From an uncultured Gammaproteobacteria bacterium (lineage in GTDB: Bacteria; Patescibacteriota; Microgenomatia; Levybacterales; GWA1-39-11), in assembly GCA_964409875.1 (NCBI GenBank), contig CAYPEN010000002.1:1067-65066 (forward strand): DNA of 64,000 bases. The letters run 5' to 3'. This document shows positions 37,583-49,064 of the stretch, piece after piece (within the stretch, counting starts at the first letter, position 1; each line of letters begins with the position of its first letter). A model generated the notes under the pieces. It was given only the letters and a program-made list of their open reading frames with translations. It was not told the DNA's origin and did not search any database. The position numbers and the translations under genes were made by a program.

Positions 37583-40500
37583 ATGGATATTCTTGAATTA
37601 TTTAAAGAACAACTACTCAAAGACCGCTCTACATCTTCAAAAAGCACATTGAAGAACTATCTCTCTGACGTGCGGCATTTCATCTCCTGGTTTGAAAAAT
37701 CTACACATTCAACTTTTGAGGTGAAAGATATAACACCTGACGTTATTGTTTTGTATGAGCAGTCTTTAGGTGGCCTCATTGAGGATGCAAAACTTAATGT
37801 CGCAACCCAACTCTCCGCTGCCTCCATGAAACGCCATCTTTCTTCCCTCCGCAAATTTTTTGCTCTTCTTGAAAGAGAAGGACACATTTCACACAATCCC
37901 TTTACACAAATTCAACCGGAAGCAAGCGAGGTTCCAACCGACCTTTGGCATCTTAAATCTTTTAAAGACGCACTTCTTCTCCAGAAAGCCTCAAAGATTA
38001 CCGTGAAAAATTATCTCTCGGATATTTCAGGCTTCGCAAAATGGTATGAAGAAACGATATTGCCCGGCCTTGAGAAGCCACTGAGTGCTACGGGTGGTTT
38101 TTATCTTTTGACCCAGGAGATTATTGAAGATTACCGCAAGAGGCTCCTTGAAGTTCAGAATGCCGCCCCAAGAACTGTTAACCGAAAACTATCGGCCCTT
38201 AGGCGCTACCTTAACTTTGTAACGGAGAAAGGGTTTGTAAGTTTAAACGAGCTTAGCATTGATCCGGTAAGAGTCTTTGAAGAGAGAATGACCTCAGTTG
38301 AGAGTCCAAGCGTTGAACTTACTGAACTCCCTGTCGTAACAAAAAAAGAAAAAACCCATTCCAAATTTCCACCCGTACGGTTACTTCAAAAACTTGTTAT
38401 TTTCCCTTATCTTGCTCTTGAGGAGAAGGCCGCAACGTCAATTGCAACTTTCATTTCAGGAAAACCTTTGAATGGTCTTGATAAGCTTCCCCCAAAACTG
38501 GCATCTATTGTTGAAGCAAAGAACGTGCTTCGCGGTAAAACAAATTCAATCAGCAACATTCTAGGTGTACGAAATGTTTCAAAAGAGTTTTATGCGCCGG
38601 ATAAAGTTTCACTTCTGGGAACCCCCCTCTACAAAAGGCTTATTTATCACGCCAAATTTACAAGGCCTAACTGGTACAAAAGATATCACAACTACTCTTT
38701 TGTACACTACGTACACTTTGCCCTCCTTGTGATATTTGCATCGGGCGTCGGTGTTGCCCTCTATCAAAACTTGGTTGCCAAAAAACAAGCGCCAACTTTT
38801 GCTGCAGCGACCGCTCCTCCCAGGATAATTTCCTTTCAAGGAAGGCTTACCGATAACCTCGATAACCCCATAACCTCAACCTCAGCGTTGAGGTTTGCCA
38901 TTTATAATGACGCCTCGGCGTCAGGCGGCGCACTACTCTGGCAGGAGGCTATAACCAATATCACTCCAGACCAAGACGGGATATTTTCAATCCTTCTGGG
39001 GGGTGGTACGCAAATTCCATCTACTGTCTTTACCGATAATTCTCAAATATACCTCGGTGTTACTGTCGGCACTACCTCAGAGCTTTCTCCACGGCAAAGA
39101 ATTGCGAGTGTAGGATATGCAACAAATTCCGAATTTTTGCAGGGTCAGCCTCCGACGACCCAGGCGGGCATTACTTCATTCACAAATGTTATACTTGCTC
39201 TTGACTCTTCAGGGAACCTTACTCTTGCCGATAGTGCAACGACAAATCACACCTTCCAGGTCTCAAACGGCGCATTTAATCTCAAAGGACAAACACTCTA
39301 TCTTACGACCAACTCAGGCTCTGGAGGGAACGTTATTCTTTCTCCTGACGGGTTGGGCAAGATTGATATCCAACGTCCTATTATCAACACTACTACTATG
39401 GGAAACATTGTCCCAGGAGGCGTTGAAGTAAATGATAAGTTTGGTGTTCTTGCTACCGAATCAGCAGTAGCCGCTTTTACCGTTAACAACAACACCTCGG
39501 GTGGAGACATCCTAGCCGCTTCCTCATCTGGCACTACACGCTTTAAGATTGCTAACGACGGGACCCTAACCGATGGCGTGTATAACACCGCCGGCGGAAT
39601 ATTTTACGGTTCAAATACAAACGGAACTTTTGCTCAAACTACTGCCGGCTCCCTAGGACAATGTCTTCAGTCAACCGCAGGTGGGGCTCCTACGTGGAGC
39701 ACGTGCGGAGGCTCTGATTGGAGAACAAATCTTGGAACCCTCTCCCCCAACAACGATACTCTTGACCTTCTCGTTGGCGGAAACACCACAGCGTCTGCTA
39801 AATTTAGATTTGTAAATGTAAATACGGGAACTCCAGTTGCCTCAGTGTCTGCAAATAGCGGCAATAATTCTACTTTTATATCAGGAGATGGAACACTTGG
39901 CACTACTAATCGTGCTACGCTAACTATTGGTAACTCATCAACCTACAATACAACAGGCAACCTCCTCTTTAACCCGAATGGGATTGGAAGAATTGGCATA
40001 GGTACAACTTCTCCGCTAATAGGATTTGATCTTCGTGGAAATTCAGGCACTACTGCAGCAGCCTCAATATCTGCAAATACTTCATTTGCTACGCTTTTGG
40101 TTGACAACTCAGGCTCAGGAGATCTCATTGCGGCAAGCGCTTCAGGTGTACCGAATTTTGTTGTAAAAAATAATGGTGATGTGATTATTGGTCAAGGTGG
40201 CGCAGGAAAATTAACCGCAAGTGTCATCGACCCTTACCTTGTCCAAAATCAGAAAACAACAGGCACTCAAAGTCTTACATTTCAGACAATGGGGGCTACG
40301 AACGCTGACTTTATATTTAAAAACACTTCCACAACCCTATCAACTCTCACTCAAGCAGGACAATTGCAATTGCCGGTTACGGGTTCTACGGGCGGTATAG
40401 TTATCGGCGGAGATACGCAAATATTCAGGGGCGCTGCTGATAGACTGGATGTTGCATCAGGAGACTCATTTAATGTCGTGAATGGAAATCTTCAAATTGG

Positions 40501-43500
40501 TGGCACGACAGTTATTGATTCATCCCGAAACGGTACCTTCCAAACACTTAATATTACAGGTGGCTGTACCGGATGTACTGTTGGCGCACCATCGCCTTTC
40601 CAAGCTCTTAGCGGTGCAATTGTTCCACTCAATGGAACCCTTGATTTATTAGTGGGTTCACAAGCAACAACCAGTGCTAAATTCTCTGTTCTTAATATAT
40701 CAAATGGTACTCCTACTGCATCAGTTTCGGCGACATCAACCGGAGCTGGACTTTCAATTGCAGGAGATGGAACACTTCAAGGAACACTGAATAACAATAT
40801 TGTTATCGGAGGAAATACAACCGGAGCTATTCAGTTCAAACCAAACAACAGTTCTGTCAGTATGTTCTTAAGCGGAGCAAATGTTGCGATAGGCAATCAA
40901 ACCCCACAGGCCTCTCTTGATGTTTCTCAAAATTCTCACTTGTCAGCAGCGGTTGATAAAATAATTTTCGGCTCAATAGGCAATACCATTGGCGTCCTTG
41001 GATATGACGGCGCTGCAAATGATGAAATACGAATAGGCGCCCAAAGCAACAAGGGACTTGAGCTCTTGACCAACAACACAACACAAGCATACATTACAAA
41101 TACCGGCAACTTTGGCATTGGTTCCACTTCCCCCACGGCAAAACTTGATGTAAATGGAACTGCTTCGGTTTCCGGTGCATTTAAGATATATGGCACCCCT
41201 ACCATCCAGTCTACTTCGAATCAAACACTAACCCTTGGGGGCGACACAACGGGAGATATTCAGTTAAAACCTGGAAATGCGACGAACCCAACTGTGTATT
41301 TTGCAACAGGAGGAAATGTTGGAATAAATATATCAACTCCAACCAACCTACTTACCATTAACCAAGGCTCTAATACGACAACCAATACTATTGCATCTTA
41401 TGGCTTTAATCTATTTAATCAAGGAGTTACTAATTTCACGATTGGTTCTGATGCAAGTTATGCGTACCTTCAAAGCTGGGCAAGCAAGCCACTCCAAATT
41501 AACAACCAAGGAAATAATGTGTTACTTAATATAAATACAGGGTTGGTAGGAATAGGTACTACCGCACCGGTAGCAAAATTACAAATAAATGGCGGAAATG
41601 AGGGTGGCAATTCTGCATTCATTGTAAATCAAACCGGAGTATCCACAAACGACATTTTTGCAGCTTCTGCCTCCGGCACCACTAAATTTACAATCAAAAA
41701 CGATGGGACTGCTTCTTCATCAGCAGGCTTTACAATTAATGGAACCGGTGCACTTCAGAGCACAAAGAATCAAACACTAACCATTGGCGGCAATAGTACC
41801 GGTGCAATAGTACTCTCCCCTAACAATGGTGCTGGGACGCTACAGTTTACCAATTTCACAACAAATGGGGGTATTTTGTATACAAATACTGCTGGTGTAT
41901 TATCACAGACTGCAGGCGGCACAGGAACTCAGTGCTTATTGGGCAATTTGAGCTGGGGTTCCTGCGGAACGGGTACAACAAGCACACCCTTTTATGAATC
42001 ATTAGGCGCTATTGTTCCATTCCAAGGGAGTGAGGATTTTCTTATCGGTGCACAGGCAACAACAAGCGCAAAATTTGCAGTTCTTAATGTAAATAACGGC
42101 ACTCCTACCGCTTCTGTTTCATCAGGCCTTAATGGAACGAGTGCATATTTTGACGCCAATGGCAACTTCAGAACGGCAAATAAGATGTCTCTTACGCTGG
42201 GGGGCGGAAATACAGGAAATATTACTATCCAAGGTAACAACACGCTCTATCTTATTGACCAGGCAATAAACTTGAGCGCTATCAACCCGACGCTTAGTGC
42301 TAACGGCTCTAGCACTTTAACGCTTAACAATAATTCAACTGGGAACATTCAGTTCTTCTCATCCTCAAACACCCTGACGAATGCCGGAGCTCTTACTATT
42401 GCTGGAAGCGCGACAATTAACGGTGGGACTGTTCAGCTTGCAAACGGTGCCCAGGGAACAATTCAAACCGCTTCAAACGCCGATATAGTAATAACAGCCG
42501 GCTCGGGAACCATCAATTTGAACACAGTCAGTAACGGACCTGTTTTGACCGGCTCCGGGCTCACTACTCTGGGAGGCGGACTAACGGTAAATGGTGCTAC
42601 AACCACCTTTGGGAATGCTGCCCCACTCATAACAACTGGCACCAACACCGATTTGACCATTACCCCCAACGGAACCGGCAACCTTATTATTACTTCTGAC
42701 TTCAATACCGGGGTAAGAATTGGCTCATCATCAAACACCCCTGCACTTCTTAGTGTGAGCGGTGGCATTGGCTCAAATGCCGGGTTTATTTTGAACCGTG
42801 TCGGTGCAACTGATGATATCTTCGCTGCTTCATCATCCGGCACTACAAAATTTGTTATCAAAAATGACGGGACAGCATCGACTTCAGGAAACCTAGTACT
42901 TGACGGCACTGGCAGCCTACAAACAACCAAAAACCAGACGCTTACTATCGGCGGAACTAGCACAGGAAATATTGTTCTTTCACCAAATAACGGGTCTGGA
43001 AACATACGGTTCTCAAACTTCAGCACTAATAATGGTCTACTCTACACTAACGGAAGCGGAGTTCTCTCTCAGACAGGAGCCGGTGGTGCACTTCAATGTC
43101 TTTTAGGGGACCTTACGTGGGGTTCCTGCGGCACCGGAACCAGTCGTACCCCCTTTCAGGAGTTGTTAGGCGCAGTAGTTCAAAACAATACTACGGAAGA
43201 CTTCCTTGCAGGAGGACAGGCATCAACATCCGCAGTACTCAAAGTCACTGGACAAGGCAATCCCTTTGCCGGAACCTTAGTAGGTGCATCTATATCAGCA
43301 AATACCTCGTTTGCCGGATTTCTTGCAGATAACAAAGGCGTTGGTGATTTATTTACTGCCTCCTCCTCCGGAGTTACACAATTTGTTATCCGAAACAATG
43401 GAGCTGTCGGGATTGGAACAAATGTTCCAGGAGCAATGCTTGATGTTAACGGGAATCTTCTGTTGGGTGCAAATTCCACAATTGATGCACGCGCATCAGG

Positions 43501-46500
43501 AACGATAACTATTGGAAATGGAACAAATACGACAGGTTTAACGCTTGGGAAAGCAGGTACAACGACGACTTTTAATGCTACGTCATGGACGGCTACTCCA
43601 ACTATCTCAGGTTTAGTTACCGGCACTCTCGGTTTTTCTGTTGCAGCTGGCCAATCGTATACTGGAGCAGGAGCTGTTACACTTTCTTCTGCTTCAAATA
43701 ATGACCTTACTGTTACCGCTCAAGGGTCCGGAAACACTATTATCACAAGCGATTTTGACACAGGAGTTCGGATTGGGGCATCCACAAATACACCGGCTGC
43801 TCTTTCGGTATCAGGAGGCATCGGATCTAACGCTGGATTTATCCTAAATAGAGTTGGGACAACTGATGATATTTTTGCGGCTAGTTCAGCAGGCACAACA
43901 AAATTTGTTATCAAAAACGATGGGACTGCTTCTTCATCAGCAGGATTTACTATAAATGGAGCCGGTAACATCCAGTCAACCAGAAATCAAACCCTTACCC
44001 TTGGCGGGAACTCAACAGGCACAATTCTGCTTCAACCCAACAATGGCTCGGGAAATGTTGGGATAAATAATTCAAATCCTTTCTCAGCGTTATCTGTTGA
44101 TGGTAATATTGAACTTGGCACAGGAGTTACAACAAGACAACTTACCGCATATAATTCTACTCGCACCAACCACGGCACCCTCGAATTATATAATTTAGCA
44201 ACCGGCAGCCTCACCCTCTCAACTGATTTTTCAACAGGAAATATAGTGCTCACACCGGGAGCATCGGGAAGCATTCAAATGACCAATTTCACCTCAAACG
44301 GTGGGCTACTCTACACAAATGGCTCGGGAGTCCTTTCCCAAGTGACAGCAGGTTCTACCTCCCAGTGTCTTTTTGGAGGCACAACACCTTCATTTAATAA
44401 CTGCGCGGCCGGATTTGGCTCTCCGTTCCGTGAATTCAGCGGAGCAATTGTACAACTTAACACAACCGAGGATTTTCTAGCCGGTGGCCAAGCATCAACC
44501 TCAGCAACATTCAAAGTTACCGGCCAGGGAAATCCTTTTGCAGGAACATTGGTTGGTGCCTCAATATCGGCAAACACTTCATTTGCAGGATTTGTGGTAG
44601 ACAACAAAGGCGTGGGTGATATATTTACTGCTTCCTCATCCGGAGTTCCACAGTTTGTGATAAAAAATAATGGAAATGTCGGAATCGGACTTGGAACGGG
44701 TACGGCAGGCATTCCTACTGCCAAGCTTGACGTGAACGGTACAGCTTCTATTTCTTCTGCACTTACATTCAGAACAGGAACTGGAAGTATCCAGACAACG
44801 GCAAACAACACGCTGACACTAGGTGGAGGGACAACTGGAAACCTAATCGTGGGCCGTACATCTCAAGTAATTACACTCCCCGGCTTTGACTGTTCAGCCC
44901 AGACAAATGGAGGGAAATTAACAACAACTACAGGAGGAATTCTGGCTTGTTCTGCTGATACATCAGGGGTATCCGGATTCGCCTCTCCATTCAGAGAATC
45001 AAGCAACCCAGCAGGTTCAATTTTTGCTCTCAACTCAACCGAGGATATCCTTCTCGGCGGGCCGTCATCAACTTCGGCGGCACTCCGAATAATCGGCCAG
45101 GAAAATCCCTTTAAAGGAACTCTTGCTGCTGCAACAATAAGCGCCAATACCTCGTTTGCAGGATTTGTGGTAGATAACAAAGGCGTTGGAGACCTATTCA
45201 CAGCTTCTTCTTCGGGTGTGACTCAGTTCCAAATTAAAAATGGCGGGGCTGTTGGAATTGGCGCCATTGCCGCAAATAGGCCAACTGCCATGCTTGATGT
45301 AGTAGGCACTGCTTCTATATCGTCGCAACTAGCTTTTAGGACAGGTGCTGGCAGTATCCAGACAACCGCTATGAACCCACTTACCATTGGGGGCTCAACA
45401 ACCGGAAATGTATCTATAAAATCCTCTAATACTACTGTCTTTCAAGCTCCGGGTACTGCAAACATATTCGTTGGAGCAGATGCAGGCCGCATAAATTCAA
45501 GCGGATCTCATAATTCTTTCTTTGGATATCAAACCGGATATAATAACACTACCGGAAGCTTCAATTTCTTCTTAGGAGATTCTGCAGGATTTGCTAACAT
45601 AGGGGGATCCAATAATTCATTTATTGGCCTTCAGGCAGGAGTTGCAAACCAATCTGGCGGCAATAACTTGTTTTTAGGAAATTCGTCAGGAGCAACAAAT
45701 ATTTCTGGTAGCTCTAATACATTTGTCGGAGAAAGTTCAGGGTTTTCTAATACCGCAAGCTTCAATACATTTATAGGTAACAGTGCAGGCTATTCTAACG
45801 GAGCCGGTACAGGAAATGTATTTATTGGCTATCTAGCAGGAGATACTTCAAATAATGCTAACGCTAACCTTACAGGAAATAATAATACATTTATTGGTTA
45901 CCAGTCAGGCCCGGCTACTACAACGCAACTTACAAATGCGACAGCGTTAGGCTATCAAGCACTTGTTTCCTCCTCTAATTCTCTCATTTTGGGTGGCACA
46001 GGTGCAAATGCAGTTAAGGCAGGAATTGGAACACAATCACCCACAGGTGTTCTTGATATTCAGGGGGGATTTATGGGTGGGAATGCTGCTCTAATTATCA
46101 ATCAAACAGGTTCATCAAATAATAATATCCTTACAGCATCATCGTCTGGCATCACAAAATTTGTAGTTGGCAATGATGGTCAAGTACTATTCGGCAACGC
46201 AGCAGCAGACCCGAGTACGGCGCTTGGAGCCGGCTCAGTCTACTATAACTCAGGGAGCCAGGCCTTGAAATTCTACAACGGCTCAACTTGGTCAACTATC
46301 GGTTCAGGCAACTCATCGAGCCCCTTCAAAGAAGCGTTGGGAGCAATACTGCAAAATCAACCGACCGAAGACTTTTTGCTGGGCGGAAATGCAACCTCAT
46401 CCGCAGACTTTGCGGTACTTAACCTTAATTCAGGCACACCCACCGCATCGGTCTCAGCTACCGCTACGGGCAAAGGACTTTCGCTCGCCGGGGACGGAAC

Positions 46501-48760
46501 TATTCAGGCCCTGCGGTACAACACCCTTACTATCGGAGGAAATACCACCGGCGATATTGCATTTACACCTGGCAATATTACTGCCAAAAACGGTCTTTAT
46601 CTCTCCTCAAACGGAAATGTCAGCATCGGTAACATTAATGCACCACAGAATACGCTATTACCTAATCCTAAATTCCAAATATTTGGTTCCATTGGCCACG
46701 CACCCGTTGCTTCAATTTCTGCTCAACCAACTGCAGTTGCGCCTACTTTGCTTCTAACAGTAGACGGAACCAACGACGTTTTTGTAGCAAGTAAATCCGG
46801 TCAACCTATATTTAGAATTGATAGTTCCGGTGCAGTTCATGCTGGAGGAAATTACTCCAATGATTATGGGGCTGACGTTGCCGAGTATTACCGAAAAGCT
46901 AACCCTAACGAACAATTCCAACCTGGCCAATTAGTGTGTCTTACCGGTACAGACGTAACTAAATGTTCCAGTAACAACCCGCAGCAAAAAATCGTAGGGG
47001 TAATTTCTGACCGGGCAATGCTTGTCGGATTTGGAAAATACAGCAACGACCCTAATTATGTGCTTGTAGGTATGGTTGGTCAACTTGGGGTATGGACCAC
47101 CGGTGACATAAAAGCAGGTGACCCCCTAACACTCTCCACGACACCGGGCGTTGCCACCATTGCAAAAGGCGAAGGGAACATAATTGGTTATGCCCGCGAG
47201 GATAACAACAACCAGTTGAAGAGAATAGAATCTGTAATTCAACCCAACTATTTCAATCCGAATACTGCTCTTCAAACTGACAACGTATTCAATTCATTGA
47301 CGCTTAGTATACAAAATGGCGTTTATAATGTTTTTGATGCATTTGGGAATAGTATAAATCACATTGATGCATTCTCAAAAGCACTCATCGGCAACCTGAC
47401 TGCAGGATTTGCCAGCATTCAAACCCTAGTTGTAAATACATTTACTGCCACTACTTCGTCTCTTGGGAATGCAACTGCTTCTACATTCGCCGTTGCTGCC
47501 AACACTATAACGATAGGAGGACAGGATATCCGGCAATTTATAATTGATACCGTCAGAAATGCCGGGTTTGGACAAAATACACTTACCACCCCGTTGGCCA
47601 CTGGAGCTATAGAAACCAACGTTATTTCCCCCCTTGCTGACAACAGCACGGTTCAATTGAATGTGAACAAGGATAATGTTGAGGTTAAAAATACAGATAC
47701 CGGTAAAACAGTAGCCTGGTTCAATAATCAAGGAAATGCAACCCTTAGCGGACAGTTAACATCAGAAGGCGTACAAACAACCAATGCCACAGTTTCTGGA
47801 ACGCTCGCAGCCAACTCCATAACTACTACAGATGCATCAGTATCAGGTACGATAACAGCCAATACGATAGTAGCCACTAACATTTCAGGGCTTGACCAAA
47901 AACTTGCTACTCTTGCAGCTGCCCTTCAAAACAACAATTCAGCCTCGAATTCAAGTCAAGTTAACAACAATTATCTTGCATCTGACACTATACATGCCAA
48001 CTTCGGCATTTTTGAGCAAGGAATAACCTCAATGGGTCCTGTCACCTCAAATATCATAACAGCGACAGACCAACTTGCCGTAGGCAATAGCTTTACAATC
48101 ACCAACAACTCTATCAATACGGTAGGAGCGGATTTGCAAATCCAGTCTTTGAGGCAAGGCAATATCGCATTTGAGGGAGGGCTCATTAAAATGGATACTG
48201 ACGGAAATATGTTGGTGAGCGGCAATTTGAATCTGCTGGGAGAGATCGACGCCGTCCATGGCGTATTCTCAGGAACGCTCACCGCACCAGCTTTAGCAAC
48301 CGGCCTTATTTCTCCTCTTCCCGGAGATGATTTGGACATAAAGCTATCAGATTCGGCATCAACCTCAGGACGGCTTAAAATTGTAAATCAGCAAAATCAA
48401 GAGGTTCTCTCAATTAATAGCCATGGGGATCTTAATGCCTCAGGAAGCGGAACTTTTGCAAAGCTGAATTTCAATCTGGTCGGCAAAGCCGAAGCAACTT
48501 CCTTGACCGAGGCGGTTGCAACGGGAAGTGCCGGATTTGCAACGTTAAGACAAGGACAAGTGGAGCTTACTATCAAAAACCCAATCATCACCTCAAAATC
48601 GCTCATTTATATAACGCCATATGGCGATACCAACAACAAAGTCATCTATCTTTTGAGACAGGTTCCTCAATCTGAGGTTGATGACGGCTCATTCACTGTC
48701 GGCATTTCAGGTACTCCCGCCCCTGCCGACATCCAGTTCAACTGGCTCATCGTTAATTAG
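37583..48760 (+). CDS. Giant (3725 aa) membrane-anchored fibre/adhesin-like protein with two N-terminal integrase SAM-like domains
   Basis: Two STLKNYLSD/ITVKNYLSD...S-MKRHLSSLRKF/TVNRKLSALRRY units; one TM near aa 375-395; Gly/Thr/Ser/Asn repeats, NxFxGxxAG repeats, ADVAEYY region. Confidence 0.85.
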   Translation: MDILELFKEQLLKDRSTSSKSTLKNYLSDVRHFISWFEKSTHSTFEVKDITPDVIVLYEQSLGGLIEDAKLNVATQLSAASMKRHLSSLRKFFALLEREGHISHNPFTQIQPEASEVPTDLWHLKSFKDALLLQKASKITVKNYLSDISGFAKWYEETILPGLEKPLSATGGFYLLTQEIIEDYRKRLLEVQNAAPRTVNRKLSALRRYLNFVTEKGFVSLNELSIDPVRVFEERMTSVESPSVELTELPVVTKKEKTHSKFPPVRLLQKLVIFPYLALEEKAATSIATFISGKPLNGLDKLPPKLASIVEAKNVLRGKTNSISNILGVRNVSKEFYAPDKVSLLGTPLYKRLIYHAKFTRPNWYKRYHNYSFVHYVHFALLVIFASGVGVALYQNLVAKKQAPTFAAATAPPRIISFQGRLTDNLDNPITSTSALRFAIYNDASASGGALLWQEAITNITPDQDGIFSILLGGGTQIPSTVFTDNSQIYLGVTVGTTSELSPRQRIASVGYATNSEFLQGQPPTTQAGITSFTNVILALDSSGNLTLADSATTNHTFQVSNGAFNLKGQTLYLTTNSGSGGNVILSPDGLGKIDIQRPIINTTTMGNIVPGGVEVNDKFGVLATESAVAAFTVNNNTSGGDILAASSSGTTRFKIANDGTLTDGVYNTAGGIFYGSNTNGTFAQTTAGSLGQCLQSTAGGAPTWSTCGGSDWRTNLGTLSPNNDTLDLLVGGNTTASAKFRFVNVNTGTPVASVSANSGNNSTFISGDGTLGTTNRATLTIGNSSTYNTTGNLLFNPNGIGRIGIGTTSPLIGFDLRGNSGTTAAASISANTSFATLLVDNSGSGDLIAASASGVPNFVVKNNGDVIIGQGGAGKLTASVIDPYLVQNQKTTGTQSLTFQTMGATNADFIFKNTSTTLSTLTQAGQLQLPVTGSTGGIVIGGDTQIFRGAADRLDVASGDSFNVVNGNLQIGGTTVIDSSRNGTFQTLNITGGCTGCTVGAPSPFQALSGAIVPLNGTLDLLVGSQATTSAKFSVLNISNGTPTASVSATSTGAGLSIAGDGTLQGTLNNNIVIGGNTTGAIQFKPNNSSVSMFLSGANVAIGNQTPQASLDVSQNSHLSAAVDKIIFGSIGNTIGVLGYDGAANDEIRIGAQSNKGLELLTNNTTQAYITNTGNFGIGSTSPTAKLDVNGTASVSGAFKIYGTPTIQSTSNQTLTLGGDTTGDIQLKPGNATNPTVYFATGGNVGINISTPTNLLTINQGSNTTTNTIASYGFNLFNQGVTNFTIGSDASYAYLQSWASKPLQINNQGNNVLLNINTGLVGIGTTAPVAKLQINGGNEGGNSAFIVNQTGVSTNDIFAASASGTTKFTIKNDGTASSSAGFTINGTGALQSTKNQTLTIGGNSTGAIVLSPNNGAGTLQFTNFTTNGGILYTNTAGVLSQTAGGTGTQCLLGNLSWGSCGTGTTSTPFYESLGAIVPFQGSEDFLIGAQATTSAKFAVLNVNNGTPTASVSSGLNGTSAYFDANGNFRTANKMSLTLGGGNTGNITIQGNNTLYLIDQAINLSAINPTLSANGSSTLTLNNNSTGNIQFFSSSNTLTNAGALTIAGSATINGGTVQLANGAQGTIQTASNADIVITAGSGTINLNTVSNGPVLTGSGLTTLGGGLTVNGATTTFGNAAPLITTGTNTDLTITPNGTGNLIITSDFNTGVRIGSSSNTPALLSVSGGIGSNAGFILNRVGATDDIFAASSSGTTKFVIKNDGTASTSGNLVLDGTGSLQTTKNQTLTIGGTSTGNIVLSPNNGSGNIRFSNFSTNNGLLYTNGSGVLSQTGAGGALQCLLGDLTWGSCGTGTSRTPFQELLGAVVQNNTTEDFLAGGQASTSAVLKVTGQGNPFAGTLVGASISANTSFAGFLADNKGVGDLFTASSSGVTQFVIRNNGAVGIGTNVPGAMLDVNGNLLLGANSTIDARASGTITIGNGTNTTGLTLGKAGTTTTFNATSWTATPTISGLVTGTLGFSVAAGQSYTGAGAVTLSSASNNDLTVTAQGSGNTIITSDFDTGVRIGASTNTPAALSVSGGIGSNAGFILNRVGTTDDIFAASSAGTTKFVIKNDGTASSSAGFTINGAGNIQSTRNQTLTLGGNSTGTILLQPNNGSGNVGINNSNPFSALSVDGNIELGTGVTTRQLTAYNSTRTNHGTLELYNLATGSLTLSTDFSTGNIVLTPGASGSIQMTNFTSNGGLLYTNGSGVLSQVTAGSTSQCLFGGTTPSFNNCAAGFGSPFREFSGAIVQLNTTEDFLAGGQASTSATFKVTGQGNPFAGTLVGASISANTSFAGFVVDNKGVGDIFTASSSGVPQFVIKNNGNVGIGLGTGTAGIPTAKLDVNGTASISSALTFRTGTGSIQTTANNTLTLGGGTTGNLIVGRTSQVITLPGFDCSAQTNGGKLTTTTGGILACSADTSGVSGFASPFRESSNPAGSIFALNSTEDILLGGPSSTSAALRIIGQENPFKGTLAAATISANTSFAGFVVDNKGVGDLFTASSSGVTQFQIKNGGAVGIGAIAANRPTAMLDVVGTASISSQLAFRTGAGSIQTTAMNPLTIGGSTTGNVSIKSSNTTVFQAPGTANIFVGADAGRINSSGSHNSFFGYQTGYNNTTGSFNFFLGDSAGFANIGGSNNSFIGLQAGVANQSGGNNLFLGNSSGATNISGSSNTFVGESSGFSNTASFNTFIGNSAGYSNGAGTGNVFIGYLAGDTSNNANANLTGNNNTFIGYQSGPATTTQLTNATALGYQALVSSSNSLILGGTGANAVKAGIGTQSPTGVLDIQGGFMGGNAALIINQTGSSNNNILTASSSGITKFVVGNDGQVLFGNAAADPSTALGAGSVYYNSGSQALKFYNGSTWSTIGSGNSSSPFKEALGAILQNQPTEDFLLGGNATSSADFAVLNLNSGTPTASVSATATGKGLSLAGDGTIQALRYNTLTIGGNTTGDIAFTPGNITAKNGLYLSSNGNVSIGNINAPQNTLLPNPKFQIFGSIGHAPVASISAQPTAVAPTLLLTVDGTNDVFVASKSGQPIFRIDSSGAVHAGGNYSNDYGADVAEYYRKANPNEQFQPGQLVCLTGTDVTKCSSNNPQQKIVGVISDRAMLVGFGKYSNDPNYVLVGMVGQLGVWTTGDIKAGDPLTLSTTPGVATIAKGEGNIIGYAREDNNNQLKRIESVIQPNYFNPNTALQTDNVFNSLTLSIQNGVYNVFDAFGNSINHIDAFSKALIGNLTAGFASIQTLVVNTFTATTSSLGNATASTFAVAANTITIGGQDIRQFIIDTVRNAGFGQNTLTTPLATGAIETNVISPLADNSTVQLNVNKDNVEVKNTDTGKTVAWFNNQGNATLSGQLTSEGVQTTNATVSGTLAANSITTTDASVSGTITANTIVATNISGLDQKLATLAAALQNNNSASNSSQVNNNYLASDTIHANFGIFEQGITSMGPVTSNIITATDQLAVGNSFTITNNSINTVGADLQIQSLRQGNIAFEGGLIKMDTDGNMLVSGNLNLLGEIDAVHGVFSGTLTAPALATGLISPLPGDDLDIKLSDSASTSGRLKIVNQQNQEVLSINSHGDLNASGSGTFAKLNFNLVGKAEATSLTEAVATGSAGFATLRQGQVELTIKNPIITSKSLIYITPYGDTNNKVIYLLRQVPQSEVDDGSFTVGISGTPAPADIQFNWLIVN

Positions 48761-48765
48761 TTCCA

Positions 48766-49045
48766 AACTAATTAACGATATAGGTAGATTCATTAAAGTT
48801 TGGTTTTTATAAAAAACCAAACTGATTCTTAATTAGATGCTAGCTATATTGTGAATAGAATGAAATCAATGGGCTATATGACTTCTTACCTTAAAGTTAA
48901 TTTTCTTAAGAAAGTTAACTGCTACTAATGAAGGAAGTCATATTGTGAACCTGGAACTAATTAATGATATAGGTAGCTTCATTAAAGTTTGGTTTTCATA
49001 AAAACCAAACTGATTCTTAATTAGATGCTACCTCTATAGTTAACT
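48766..49045. repeat. Three tandem ~95 bp hairpin units downstream of the giant gene
   Basis: Units 1 and 3 near-identical; TTAAAGTT at 48793, 48891, 48982, each followed by an inner hairpin. Confidence 0.75.
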
Positions 49046-49064
49046 AGCATACTATATTCATTTC

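Noticed and set aside
37583-38250. Prophage or integrative-element integrase
   Set aside because: Only N-terminal binding domains, no catalytic domain, no phage structural or replication genes nearby.
39117-48606. Numerous antisense and alternate-frame ORFs within the giant gene (also within the cassettes and other long genes)
   Set aside because: Shadow ORFs expected from codon bias of Gly/Thr/Ser-rich or GC-rich genes.
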